Assembly: GCA_017609985.1 (NCBI GenBank) | Contig: JAFCCW010000001.1 | Span: forward strand, 16,397-80,396 | Direction of reading: 5' to 3' | Source: Candidatus Iainarchaeum sp. | GTDB lineage: Archaea > Iainarchaeota > Iainarchaeia > Iainarchaeales > JAFCCW01 | DNA length: 64,000 nt | Shown here: one piece after another, positions 44,365 through 53,425 of the stretch | How positions within the stretch are numbered: the first letter of the stretch is position 1 | How the letters are laid out: each line of letters opens with the position of its first letter | Translations under genes and position numbers: made by a program | Notes under the pieces: generated by a model | What the model saw: only the letters and a program-made list of their open reading frames with translations | Database searches by the model: none | What the model was told of the DNA's origin: nothing

Positions 44365-44383
44365 AAAAGGAGAGTGAATCCAG

Positions 44384-45124
44384 GTGGGGTTCAAAAACAT
44401 TGTTTCAAGAATTGTTGAAAAAGCAGACATAGTAATAGAAGTGCTTGACGCAAGATTTCCAGAGTTAACAAGAAATGAAGAACTGGAAAAAAAAGTAAAC
44501 GGCAGAGGAAAAAAACTTATTTTTGCATTAAACAAAAGTGACTTGGTTTCAAGAAACTATGCTAAACGAAAGAAAAAAGCACTTGAAAAAGATGGAAGAG
44601 CTGTCTTTGTTTCAGCATCAGAAAAAAAAGGAATCATAAAATTGAGGGAAGAAATTGGAAAAGCAAGCAATGGACAAGAAGTAAAGATTGCAATAGTTGG
44701 AGTGCCCAATATCGGAAAAAGTTCGCTGCTCAACGCACTTAAAGGAAAGCAGTCAGCAAAAGTTGCGCCAATTGCAGGATACACAAAGGGAGAGCAATGG
44801 GTTAGGATATCCGACAAGATAATGCTGTTGGATTCCCCCGGAGTTCTGCCGATTGAAAAAGCAGATGAATTCAGTTCCGCCCTAACCTGCTCAAAGAATC
44901 CAGAACAGTTAAGTGATGCAGAGGGAATCGCACTACAGCTGATTGACTTTGTAAAAAAAGAAATTCCTGAAAAAGCTGAAAAAGCAGGCTGGGCTGAAAA
45001 AAGCGCAGAACAAGTGCTTGAAGAAACTGCCAAAAAAAAAGGAAAGCTACTGAAAGGCGGAAAAGCCAATACTTCGGAAGCAGGAAAGCTGATTATAAGA
45101 GAATGGCAGCGAGGAAAACTTTAA
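44384..45124 (+). CDS. circularly permuted GTPase (YlqF/RbgA/MJ1464-like ribosome biogenesis GTPase); GTG start
   Basis: G4 (ALNKSDLV) precedes G1 (GVPNIGKSSLLNAL) and G3 (DSPGV). GGAG lies 11 nt upstream of the GTG. Confidence 0.8.
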   Translation: MGFKNIVSRIVEKADIVIEVLDARFPELTRNEELEKKVNGRGKKLIFALNKSDLVSRNYAKRKKKALEKDGRAVFVSASEKKGIIKLREEIGKASNGQEVKIAIVGVPNIGKSSLLNALKGKQSAKVAPIAGYTKGEQWVRISDKIMLLDSPGVLPIEKADEFSSALTCSKNPEQLSDAEGIALQLIDFVKKEIPEKAEKAGWAEKSAEQVLEETAKKKGKLLKGGKANTSEAGKLIIREWQRGKL

Positions 45125-45150
45125 ATAATTTGAAAAACAATTCAATTCAG

Positions 45151-45834
45151 ATGGCAAAAAACCCGAAAAAAAGAGCAGCAAAAGTTTTTGTTGCAGTACT
45201 ACTTTGCTTTGCAGTGATTATTACTTATCTGCTCTTCTTTAATCAGGGACTTGAATTAGAACACGACTACAACATAGACACAAAAATAATTGTTATCACA
45301 GTCAAAAACAATTCAATTCACACAATCAGAGAAATTAATATAAGTTATACAACAATGGATGGACAGACAAAAGAAGTTGCAAAAATTGAAAAACTTGAAT
45401 CGCGAGAAACAAAAAATATTGAAATTCAAAAAGAAAATTGGATGAAAGGATTTATTGATGTAACAGCAGATGCGTTATTCCACCAGCCAGCCACCAAAAG
45501 AGTAATTGTTAACGAAGCAGAAACACAGGCAAGCCTTAGCTACAGCATTACTGCGCCAGAATATGCATTTATAGGATTTGAATATCCCCTAAAAATAAAA
45601 ATCTGCAATTCAGAATCAAAAAACCCAATAAATCTTGAGTTAAGTGAAGAACACTCAGAAGAATTTTTTGAACAAGAAAACACAACCCAAAAAACAAGCA
45701 TAGAACCAGGAAAATGCAGTGAATTAACATATGAATTTATTCCAAACAAAATAGGAGAAACAGAAATATATTTTAATATAGAAGCTGGTTCTTATAGTAA
45801 GAGCTTTTCTCAGAGACTGAGTGTGGAAGAATGA
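45151..45834 (+). CDS. N-terminally anchored extracytoplasmic protein, unknown function
   Basis: Started at MAKNPKKRAAKVFVAVLLCFAVIITYLLF (ATG 45151). Beta-rich repeats with a CARDB-like feel (EPGKCSELTYEFIPNKIGETEIYF), not verified. Confidence 0.55.
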   Translation: MAKNPKKRAAKVFVAVLLCFAVIITYLLFFNQGLELEHDYNIDTKIIVITVKNNSIHTIREINISYTTMDGQTKEVAKIEKLESRETKNIEIQKENWMKGFIDVTADALFHQPATKRVIVNEAETQASLSYSITAPEYAFIGFEYPLKIKICNSESKNPINLELSEEHSEEFFEQENTTQKTSIEPGKCSELTYEFIPNKIGETEIYFNIEAGSYSKSFSQRLSVEE

Positions 45835-46493
45835 AAAAAAACAAAAACCAAGAATCAAGCATAATAAAAATAATTCAGGAAATGGTTAGCAAGGGAGAGA
45901 GTGAAACAAAAATAGTCAGCACTCTGAAAGATATTGGAGTAGAAGAAGAACAGGCAAAAAGGCTTCTTCTTCTAGGACAAGCAAACACATTTTCAATACT
46001 AAAAGGAGAAATAAGCAATATTGTAAAAGAAGACCTTGAAAAAGAAAAAACAGAAATAAAAAAATTTGTACAGAATGAAGTGAAAAGAGAAGAAACCAAA
46101 AGCAAAATAAAAATTGAGCGAGAAATAATAGAAGACATAAAGAAATATGAAAAAGAAATCACTGGACAAAGCAATACATTTCAGGAACAAATTCACGAAA
46201 CAGTAGGAAAAATGGCTGAGCTAAGCGAGAGAGTAAAAAATCAGTTAAACGAATTAGGAGAACAAGTTCACCAAATACAGCTTGACATGGATGAAATGCA
46301 CTTAAAGGGAGCCGGAGCAAAAAACAGAATGATGAGCAGAACAATGATTATTTTTGGAATAGGATTTTTGATTGCTGATTTTTATCTGTTTCTAACAACA
46401 TTTGGAGGTGCAATAAACATTGACTCAGTTATTCTGACAGTAGTAATGGGAATGATTGGAATAACTCTTTTGTTTGTTGCAACGCTTATATAA
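45831..46493 (+). CDS. coiled-coil protein with C-terminal TM helices, unknown function
   Basis: ATGA overlap with the previous gene. Charged helical N-terminal 160 aa, then IIFGIGFLIADFYLFLTTF and VVMGMIGITLLFVATLI. Confidence 0.55.
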   Translation: MKKNKNQESSIIKIIQEMVSKGESETKIVSTLKDIGVEEEQAKRLLLLGQANTFSILKGEISNIVKEDLEKEKTEIKKFVQNEVKREETKSKIKIEREIIEDIKKYEKEITGQSNTFQEQIHETVGKMAELSERVKNQLNELGEQVHQIQLDMDEMHLKGAGAKNRMMSRTMIIFGIGFLIADFYLFLTTFGGAINIDSVILTVVMGMIGITLLFVATLI

Positions 46494-46501
46494 ACAGACG
46501 A

Positions 46502-46642
46502 TTAAAGAGGTTTTTCAGAAAAACGCTTGTATTTTTCAAGTTCTGAAAGTGCATTCTTCAAGTAAGTACAATTGCGAATGCTCTTGTCAGATTCAAGGCG
46601 CATTTTTAGTTCCCGCGTGATTTCTTCAAGTTGCAGTCTCAT
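46502..46642 (-). CDS. candidate 46-aa helical micro-protein (below the ORF-track threshold)
   Basis: The ATG at 46642 lies 37 nt downstream of hjc on the same strand. Sequence MRLQLEEITRELKMRLESDKSIRNCTYLKNALSELEKYKRFSEKPL. No homology recognised. Confidence 0.3.
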   Translation of the reverse strand: MRLQLEEITRELKMRLESDKSIRNCTYLKNALSELEKYKRFSEKPL

Positions 46643-46679
46643 GCTATCAATAATATTTGGCTAGGAATAGTTTAAAAAC

Positions 46680-47096
46680 TCAATCAATAGAAGGTGGAAG
46701 AGTTTTTTGTTTACCAATAGCAACCAAAAGAGGGATGCCAAATTTCATTGCATTCTTTTTAGAGACAGTGAAATTTTTCTTGTTTTTATTGAAGTGTGTT
46801 GGAAGCAAAAAAAACCAGCCCTTGTTAGGAATCTTCCAGGCAACAAACATCTCTGTGCCAGCTCTTCCAGCCCATCCAGCCAGCTGTTCCATTTCATCAA
46901 CAGGAATATGCAAATAATCAGAATTCCAAAACTTGCACTCTATTGCAAGACGCTTTTCAGGGGTAAGAGCAATAATGTCAGGGCTTGGAAGAGAAGTTGA
47001 ACCCGAACCAGCAATTCTTGCAACAGAAAAACCAAGAGAAAACAGTTTGTGAATGAGTTCTCTCTCTGCTCCAGCCCCTTTTCTATATTTTCCCAT
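46680..47096 (-). CDS. hjc: Holliday junction resolvase Hjc
   Basis: KGAGAERELIHKLFSLGFSVARIAGSG ... PDIIAL ... LAIECK matches the archaeal Hjc nuclease core (E...D...ExK). Confidence 0.85.
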   Translation of the reverse strand: MGKYRKGAGAERELIHKLFSLGFSVARIAGSGSTSLPSPDIIALTPEKRLAIECKFWNSDYLHIPVDEMEQLAGWAGRAGTEMFVAWKIPNKGWFFLLPTHFNKNKKNFTVSKKNAMKFGIPLLVAIGKQKTLPPSID

Positions 47097-47240
47097 AAAA
47101 ACCAGGAATACTTAAGTAAAAAGAGATTAAATTAGTTGCGGGCAAAAGTTAGGGTTTAAATAGTTTTCAGTTCCCAATTATAGCATTATACTTGAAAAAG
47201 AGAGAATTAGAGCAACTTTGATTGTTTTAACCCAGAAATT

Positions 47241-47519
47241 ATGATTAAAAGTAATGAAAAAGGCATATTGCTTGAATTAAGGGTTTCACCTGGAAAAAAC
47301 CAATTCAGTTTTCAGGGTTTTGACAAATGGGCAAACGCCCTAAAGGTGAACACCGCAAGTCAGCCGGAAAATGGGAAAGCAAACAAAGAGCTCATAAAAG
47401 AGCTTGAAAAATTTTTTAATGCAAAAGCTGAAATTCTGAAAGGAAAAACATCAAGGAAAAAAACAGTCCTTGTAAAAACATCTTCAGAAAACGCAAAAAA
47501 ACAGCTTGAAAAGCTCTGA
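47241..47519 (+). CDS. DUF167/YggU (UPF0235) family protein
   Basis: LELRVSPGKNQFSFQGFDKW..ALKVNTASQPENGKANKELIKELEKFF fits the YggU pattern; 92 aa. Confidence 0.7.
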   Translation: MIKSNEKGILLELRVSPGKNQFSFQGFDKWANALKVNTASQPENGKANKELIKELEKFFNAKAEILKGKTSRKKTVLVKTSSENAKKQLEKL

Positions 47520-47544
47520 TTCTCTCCAAGCAGGAGATGGTTTA

Positions 47545-48801
47545 ATGGCAAAAACATACATTAATACAGTAAAATATGAAATAAAGGCAGAATTTGAAGT
47601 TGATGGAATAGTTGACAAACATGACATAATTGGAGCAATATTTGGACAAAGTGAAGGTCTTCTAGGAGAAGACATGGACCTAAGAGAACTCCAAAAAGGA
47701 GGAAAATTGGGAAGAATTGAAATAACAGAAAAATCCCACTCTGGAAAAACCTCTGGAACTGTTTACGTGCCATCCTCAATGGACAGAGTACAAACAGCTC
47801 TGCTCGCAGCAGCTATTGAAAGCGTTGACAAAGTAGGACCGTGCGATGCAAAATTTGACATAAAGAGTATCAGCGATGCAAGAGCAGACAGAAGGAAAAA
47901 AATAGAAGACAGAGCAAAAGAACTACTTAAATCACTGAACGCAGGAGTTCCGGAAACACAGGAAATGACTGACTCAGTGAGAACAGAAATGAAAAAAGCA
48001 GAAATAACAGAATATGGAAGAGACAAACTGCCAGCAGGGCCAGATCTCTTAAAAGGCAATGAAGTAATTGTAGTAGAAGGAAGAGCAGATGTTCTAACAC
48101 TCCTAAAAAACAGCATTACAAATGTTGTTGGAATGGGCGGAAGCAATGTTCCAAAAGACCTTATCTTCCTCTCAAAAAAGAAATCAATAACACTGTTTAT
48201 TGATGGAGACAGAGGCGGAGAACTCAATTTCAGAAAAATGAGTGCTCTGGCCAAAGTTGACTATATTGCAAGAGCTCCAGACGGAAAAGAAGTTGAAGAG
48301 CTCACAAGAAAAGAAATAGAAGCAGCTCTCAGAAAAAAAATGCCTGCAAAGGATTTCTTAATAAGAAGACCAAGGGCAAGAATCTCAAGCCGAGAGCCGA
48401 CAAAAAAGTTTGAAATAAAGAAAACAGAGGGAAGAACAACAAAAACTATCCCAAGAAAAAAAACACTGGTGTCTCCAACACGAAGACCCCCAGTAATAAA
48501 AACAAAACCGAAAGCAAACACGAAAGAAATTGAAAAATTCTCTCCGGTAATGAAAGAACTTGAAAATAGTCTAAAAGCAAGATTGCTTGACAAGAACGAC
48601 AAAAAACTAAAAGAAATAAGTGTAAGAAACATGCTAGAAGAAATGGGAAAAACAAAGAATGCAGAAACAATAGTTTTTGACGGAATAGTAACAAAGAGAC
48701 TTCTTGAAGAAGCAGAAAAAAATGGAATAAAAAATCTTGTCGGAGTAAAGAAAGGAAAAATTGAAGAATCAGACAAGGTAAGAGTAATAATTTTGGGCTA
48801 A
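47545..48801 (+). CDS. dnaG: archaeal DnaG (Toprim domain primase-like protein)
   Basis: N-terminus MAKTYINTVKYEIKAEFEVDGIVDKHDIIGAIFGQSEGLLG is typical of archaeal DnaG. Toprim region VIVVEGRADVLTL ... FIDGDRGGE. AGGAG lies 8 nt upstream of ATG 47545. The C-terminal third is a Lys/Arg-rich extension. Confidence 0.9.
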   Translation: MAKTYINTVKYEIKAEFEVDGIVDKHDIIGAIFGQSEGLLGEDMDLRELQKGGKLGRIEITEKSHSGKTSGTVYVPSSMDRVQTALLAAAIESVDKVGPCDAKFDIKSISDARADRRKKIEDRAKELLKSLNAGVPETQEMTDSVRTEMKKAEITEYGRDKLPAGPDLLKGNEVIVVEGRADVLTLLKNSITNVVGMGGSNVPKDLIFLSKKKSITLFIDGDRGGELNFRKMSALAKVDYIARAPDGKEVEELTRKEIEAALRKKMPAKDFLIRRPRARISSREPTKKFEIKKTEGRTTKTIPRKKTLVSPTRRPPVIKTKPKANTKEIEKFSPVMKELENSLKARLLDKNDKKLKEISVRNMLEEMGKTKNAETIVFDGIVTKRLLEEAEKNGIKNLVGVKKGKIEESDKVRVIILG

Positions 48802-48818
48802 AAAGCCCTGCTTTTTTT
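48800..48818. terminator. bidirectional hairpin plus T-run between convergent genes
   Basis: AAAAAGC (48800-48806) - CCT - GCTTTTT (48810-48816) followed by further T runs. It sits between the dnaG stop and the stop of the minus-strand gene at 48824. Confidence 0.4.
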
Positions 48819-48823
48819 ATTTT

Positions 48824-49261
48824 TTATTTCTTTTTTAATTTCTTTTTTTTATTCAATTCAACAATAGCCTGTTCAATTGGAACAACTAATTCCCCGGCGC
48901 GATAGAAAGCAATTCCAGCAATTAAAATAGCCGCCCAAAAGAAAAGAGAAGCAATCGGGGAAATGAGAGCACTCCAAAACTGCCGAGTTGTAATTCTGTC
49001 CTGTCCGCCCCTCAACTGAAGACCAGTGAGTTCATTCAAAGAATCCTTGCAATCAAGATACTGCATTTGAGCAAGAACAACATTGTCTGAAGAAACAGAA
49101 GAAATGCAAGTAGGATAATCCTTCAAAGCAGTCCAAGAATCAAACATGTTAGCAGAAGCACTGAAAAACATCAGCAAAGCAGCAATCATTATAAAAGAAC
49201 CAATCAAGCGAGTAAGATAAAAATCAGTAGAACCAAGCTTGAAATACATAATCCGTCTCAT
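48824..49261 (-). CDS. membrane protein, unknown function
   Basis: 145 aa, two hydrophobic helices (LIGSFIMIAALLMFF, LFFWAAILIAGIAFY) with a Cys-containing loop between them. Confidence 0.55.
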   Translation of the reverse strand: MRRIMYFKLGSTDFYLTRLIGSFIMIAALLMFFSASANMFDSWTALKDYPTCISSVSSDNVVLAQMQYLDCKDSLNELTGLQLRGGQDRITTRQFWSALISPIASLFFWAAILIAGIAFYRAGELVVPIEQAIVELNKKKKLKKK

Positions 49262-49290
49262 ACAAACCGTAAGTATAACAGGTATTTTCT

Positions 49291-49300
49291 ATTTAAATAT
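49291..49300 (+). promoter_or_regulatory. TATA-like box for tRNA-Val
   Basis: ATTTAAATAT is centred about 27 nt upstream of the tRNA 5' end (49322). Confidence 0.35.
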
Positions 49301-49321
49301 TTGCATGGACAAGTGTTTTGT

Positions 49322-49394
49322 GGGCCTGTGGTCTAGTGGCTATGACATCTCGTTTACAACGAGAGGATCGGCGGTTCGATTCCGCCCAGGCCCA
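49322..49394 (+). tRNA. tRNA-Val (anticodon UAC)
   Basis: Manual fold: acceptor GGGCCTG/CAGGCCC, anticodon stem TCTCG/CGAGA with loop TT-TAC-AA, T arm GGCGG-TTCGATT-CCGCC, discriminator A. No encoded CCA and no intron. Confidence 0.9.
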
Positions 49395-49411
49395 ATAAGA
49401 GGTATTTTTAA

Positions 49412-49807
49412 ATGAAAATTCCGGAAAAAATTCAAAAAATTATTCAAGAACAAGATATTCATATCTTAGCTACTGCTTCAAAAAAAGGCAAGCCAAACAT
49501 TATTTATTTGAAATTTCTCAAAGTATGCTCTGATGAACAAATTTTAATTGCAGACAATAAATTTTTTAAAACCCGAAAAAATCTTGAAGAAAACCCAAAA
49601 ATTGCGTTTGTAGTCCTTGATAAAAAAGAAGGCAAATCATACCAGTTAAAAGGAAATATTAAAACCATTGAAAAAGGACCTGTTTTTGAAAGTGCAATTA
49701 ACTGGGTTAAGAAAAAAAGAAGCAGCTCAACCACCCGCCCAAAAGCAGCAATCTTGCTAACTGTGAAAGAAATTTATTCCGGAGCAAAAAAAATAACTGA
49801 TAAATAA
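49412..49807 (+). CDS. pyridoxamine 5'-phosphate oxidase-like FMN-binding split-barrel protein
   Basis: ILATASKKGKPNIIYLKFLKVCSDEQILIADNKFFKTRKNLEENPKIAFVVLD..SYQLKG fits the PNPOx-like fold pattern. Confidence 0.65.
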   Translation: MKIPEKIQKIIQEQDIHILATASKKGKPNIIYLKFLKVCSDEQILIADNKFFKTRKNLEENPKIAFVVLDKKEGKSYQLKGNIKTIEKGPVFESAINWVKKKRSSSTTRPKAAILLTVKEIYSGAKKITDK

Positions 49808-49839
49808 AACATTTATTAAGCAAAAACTCTATTTCTATC

Positions 49840-50019
49840 ATGAAAAGAGGAAAAAAATACGAGATTGAAGTTCTCATGGAAGGCAGGGGAGGAGAGCTTG
49901 TTTTTCAGCCAGTGAAAGCAAGCAAGCACGATCTCAAAGCATTGATTGAAGCAACAAAGAATCCTGTTATTAAAGAAAACATCAGAAAAAGTGCAGAGGA
50001 AAAAAAGGTGAAACTGTGA
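49840..50019 (+). CDS. candidate 59-aa protein (below the ORF-track threshold)
   Basis: MKRGKKYEIEVLMEGRGGELVFQPVKASKHDLKALIEATKNPVIKENIRKSAEEKKVKL. Its stop overlaps the GTG start of the next gene (GTGA). The competing antisense ORF 49816..50052 has Phe/Cys-rich junk composition. Confidence 0.45.
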   Translation: MKRGKKYEIEVLMEGRGGELVFQPVKASKHDLKALIEATKNPVIKENIRKSAEEKKVKL

Positions 50020-51686
50020 AAAAAATTGTTTTTCTTTTAATTGCAGTAACACTGTTTTGTGAAATAGGCTTTGCAGAAATAGACTTTAATGCTCCGACTT
50101 CAGTTAAGGGAATAAAGGCAAGAGTGCTTATTGAAGGTCAGGGAAATATCAGCGGAGAGCTTGAAGGAGGAACAGTAAAGATAAGTGTTTTAACTTTTAG
50201 AGACGAAAGCAGAACAACAATTCATTCCCTTTCAGAAAAACTAAAAATAAATGAAAAAGAAATAGAAGCAGTTCACGAAACAGACGAGGTTGGAAACAAG
50301 TATGCTGTTTTTGAAGTAAGGGAAACAGGAGAATTTGAATTCTTTATAGACGCAATAGTTGAAACAAATATTGAAATTACTGGATTACGAGACTACAATC
50401 TCATAAATGGAATAACGCTTAACGAAGAGTATTTGAAACCAAGCGAGAGTGTTCAATCAAATCATGCGGAAATAAGGACAATTGCCTTAAACAAATTCCA
50501 AAGCAGTTCGCTTCTTGAAACAGTGGGGCAAGTAACTGAATGGACAAACAACTTTCTTGAATATGACTGGGCTTATTATCCTGGAACATACTCTGCACTA
50601 GAAACACTGGAGAACAGAGCAGGAGTGTGCGATGAGTTTGCAACGCTTTCAGCAGCAATGCTAAGAGCGAGTGGAATTCCAACAAGATTCGTGCACGGAA
50701 TAGTGTATTCTGGACAAAAATGGGGACAGCACGCCTGGCTAGAATTTTATTCACCAGAAAATGGGTGGCTAGAAATAGATTCCACTTACGGAGAAGCAGG
50801 CTTTGTAGACGGAACACACATTGGAATGGGAATCGCAACAGATCCAAAGAACGCAATAGAATTGAGAGCAGAGTATCCTGAGACTGCTGCGCTATCAATA
50901 GAAAAAAATGAACCAAAAATTTCAATAGATTATTTTAACAGTTTTTCAAATGAAATAGAAATCAAAGCAGGAGAAAAAGAAGCAGTAGCCATGAACTGGG
51001 AAAGTCTGGAAATAGAATTGAAAAATAATACAAACTCATATATGTTTGTTCCACTGCAGGCAACAATGCACCCTGATTTTAAAATACTGGAAGAGCAAAG
51101 AACCCTGCTTTTTAAGCCAGGGGAAACAAGAATAGAAAAATTTTCTTTTTCATGCCAAAAACAGTTTGAAAAAGGACAAATTGCAACATACCAATACAAG
51201 ATTGTTTCACTTCTTCCAACAATAACAAGCAAGATAATCGTGTATCCGGAAAAGGAAATAGGAAAAGATGGCAAACTATCAGTCGAAAGCATCACGCCAC
51301 TGGTTAAGGGAAAAGACCTGATTATAGAAATTGTGATTGAAAATATGGGATTGAAAAAAAAAGAAGTAACACTTTCAATTAAAAATGGAATAAAAGAAGA
51401 AGAAACCTACTCGATTGAAGGACTTCAAAGAAAAACAATTCAATACAGGGTTTCAAATTATTCCTCTAAAGAGTATACAATAACAATTGAAGGAGAAGAA
51501 ATATTTGAAGAAAAAATAATACAGCCTAAAGAAACAAAGAAAGACGAAGAAAAACAAGAGAAAAAAGAATTAGAAGAAAACAAAGTGTTGATTGAAGAAG
51601 AAGATGAAACAACGCTTTTATTGGCTGGGAGCGCAGGACTTGCACTCGCATTAGTTTTATTAATCTTGCTCAGAAAAAAGTTGTAA
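50016..51686 (+). CDS. secreted, C-terminally anchored transglutaminase-like protein; GTG start
   Basis: Signal peptide (M)KKIVFLLIAVTLFCEIGFA. Core GVCDEFATLSAAMLRASGIPTRFVHG...QHAWLEFY...WLEIDST (Cys-His-Asp). Beta-rich repeats, an acidic stalk, and the C-terminal helix LLLAGSAGLALALVLLILLRKKL. AAGGTGA lies 5 nt upstream of the GTG. Confidence 0.85.
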   Translation: MKKIVFLLIAVTLFCEIGFAEIDFNAPTSVKGIKARVLIEGQGNISGELEGGTVKISVLTFRDESRTTIHSLSEKLKINEKEIEAVHETDEVGNKYAVFEVRETGEFEFFIDAIVETNIEITGLRDYNLINGITLNEEYLKPSESVQSNHAEIRTIALNKFQSSSLLETVGQVTEWTNNFLEYDWAYYPGTYSALETLENRAGVCDEFATLSAAMLRASGIPTRFVHGIVYSGQKWGQHAWLEFYSPENGWLEIDSTYGEAGFVDGTHIGMGIATDPKNAIELRAEYPETAALSIEKNEPKISIDYFNSFSNEIEIKAGEKEAVAMNWESLEIELKNNTNSYMFVPLQATMHPDFKILEEQRTLLFKPGETRIEKFSFSCQKQFEKGQIATYQYKIVSLLPTITSKIIVYPEKEIGKDGKLSVESITPLVKGKDLIIEIVIENMGLKKKEVTLSIKNGIKEEETYSIEGLQRKTIQYRVSNYSSKEYTITIEGEEIFEEKIIQPKETKKDEEKQEKKELEENKVLIEEEDETTLLLAGSAGLALALVLLILLRKKL

Positions 51687-51688
51687 GA

Positions 51689-51760
51689 GCGGCCATAGTC
51701 TAGTGGTTAGGACTCCACGTTGCCAACGTGGTAACCCGGGTTCGAATCCCGGTGGCCGCA
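51689..51760 (+). tRNA. tRNA-Gly (anticodon GCC)
   Basis: Acceptor GCGGCCA/TGGCCGC, anticodon stem CCACG/CGTGG with loop TT-GCC-AA, T arm CCGGG-TTCGAAT-CCCGG, discriminator A. It starts 2 nt after the stop codon of the preceding CDS. Confidence 0.9.
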
Positions 51761-51809
51761 TAACACTATCGAACGAAGAATCAGAACAGGGTTGGAAAAA
51801 AAGATTAAA

Positions 51810-52712
51810 CTATTTCTTTGATGGAGACGCAATAACTTCTGCATAAATTGCTATTGAAAGAAAAGCAAAGGAAAAAATCTGAAGCGGAGAAATAAGCATT
51901 GAAAAAAGCAGGTTAAGACCAATCTGCAAATAAACAATCCCGGAAACAAAAACAAGAATTGTAGTGAAGATGCTGAAAATCAAAGAAGCAACATAGAATA
52001 AAACATAAATCGCAATTCCGCCTACAACTGAAGCCAGAATAATTTCAAGTACCTTACCGCGAGTGATTACCCAGCTCTCCTTAAGAGCAGTAGATATCTT
52101 GACATTTCGTGAAAGAAAAACAATTGGAGCAAGACCAAGCCGTATAGAGTTATAAACAACAATAATCAAAAAAGCAAAAAATGCAAGAAAAGCAAAAATC
52201 CCAAACAAGGCAGCAACAATAGGACTTATTAAAACTGAAAAAAGTGCAATAGCTGACAAAATGATTGCTGCAAAAAGAACAAGCAAAAACTTAAGATTGA
52301 AAACACATAAAAGTGCAGCAAACTCTGCGACAACTCCTAAGAGGATATATTTCAAAACCTTAATTGTGTTAACAGGAGCTGCAGGAAGATTTCTGGAACG
52401 CAATGCAAACAAGTAAACAAGAACTGAAACAAAAGTAACTGCTAGCCCATACACCAAACTCCAAAAAACTGCGACAAGAAGAAAACCAGAGAATGCAGGG
52501 ATAATAGAAGGAGATTGCACAGCAGAGAGCAAAGCAGCAGTGTTTCCTGCAAGAGCCAGAGTTATTAAATTTTGAAAGAAAACAAGGCCAATGCCAGCAA
52601 GACCCACAAAGAACAAAATACTGAGTAAGTAAAAAAGCAAAACATATTTTGCAGATTCTCTTTTGTGATTAATCCAAGCAAAAGAAAGTTTTACAATTCC
52701 TCCATAATCCAT
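51810..52712 (-). CDS. polytopic membrane protein, unknown function
   Basis: 300 aa with about 7 hydrophobic helices. No motif recognised. Confidence 0.6.
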   Translation of the reverse strand: MDYGGIVKLSFAWINHKRESAKYVLLFYLLSILFFVGLAGIGLVFFQNLITLALAGNTAALLSAVQSPSIIPAFSGFLLVAVFWSLVYGLAVTFVSVLVYLFALRSRNLPAAPVNTIKVLKYILLGVVAEFAALLCVFNLKFLLVLFAAIILSAIALFSVLISPIVAALFGIFAFLAFFAFLIIVVYNSIRLGLAPIVFLSRNVKISTALKESWVITRGKVLEIILASVVGGIAIYVLFYVASLIFSIFTTILVFVSGIVYLQIGLNLLFSMLISPLQIFSFAFLSIAIYAEVIASPSKK

Positions 52713-52733
52713 GAATAAACAGACTGCACAATA

Positions 52734-53372
52734 CTATAAAAATCTTTTTATGGAGTCAAAAATCTTGGAATGGATTTTTTCTCTTGAGAAAATGCATTCA
52801 TTTTCAGTGCAGTTTATCTTGAACCAGTTTTCTTTTTCTGCAAGCATGAGATAAGCAGAGCGAACTCTTTCAAGATATTGAATATTGGATTCGTGAATGT
52901 CAGTGGAAGAACGATTCTTCATGAGCTTTTGAGAAATTGAAACAGGAACATCAAGAAAAATAGTTGCAATTGGTTTAGGAAGACGAGACTCAGTAAAAGA
53001 AATCCATTCAATGAATTTTTTTCTGTCATTTAAATCAGAAAACTTTGCACCCTGATGCGCAGCATTTGAAGCAGTAAACCTGTCGCAGACAACAATTTTT
53101 CCAGAGTCAAGCGCCTGTTCAAGTTCCTTAAGCGCAGCATATTTGTCAAGAGAATAAAGAAGTGAAGCAAACTCTGGAGTAACCTGTTCAAGGGAACCAA
53201 AGTCTCCATCAAGATACTGCTTCACAATTCTTCCGGTTCTGGTGTCATAACGAGGAAAAGAAAAAATAACTGAATCAAGGCCTTTTTTTATAAGCCTGTT
53301 CTTGAGAAGCTCTACCTGAGTTGCTTTGCCACTTGCGTCAGTACCCTCAATCACAAAAAGCATGCCCTTCAT
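52734..53372 (-). CDS. tmk: thymidylate kinase
   Basis: Started at MKGMLFVIEGTDASGKATQ (P-loop; ATG 53372), with the DRF motif (VCDRFTASNAAHQ). The 61 extra upstream codons of the long ORF are Phe/Leu junk antisense to a polypurine tract. Confidence 0.85.
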   Translation of the reverse strand: MKGMLFVIEGTDASGKATQVELLKNRLIKKGLDSVIFSFPRYDTRTGRIVKQYLDGDFGSLEQVTPEFASLLYSLDKYAALKELEQALDSGKIVVCDRFTASNAAHQGAKFSDLNDRKKFIEWISFTESRLPKPIATIFLDVPVSISQKLMKNRSSTDIHESNIQYLERVRSAYLMLAEKENWFKINCTENECIFSREKIHSKIFDSIKRFL

Positions 53373-53425
53373 GAAATTATATTGTCTAAAAGATATTAAA
53401 AGAATGTCTGAATAGGAAGAATGTA

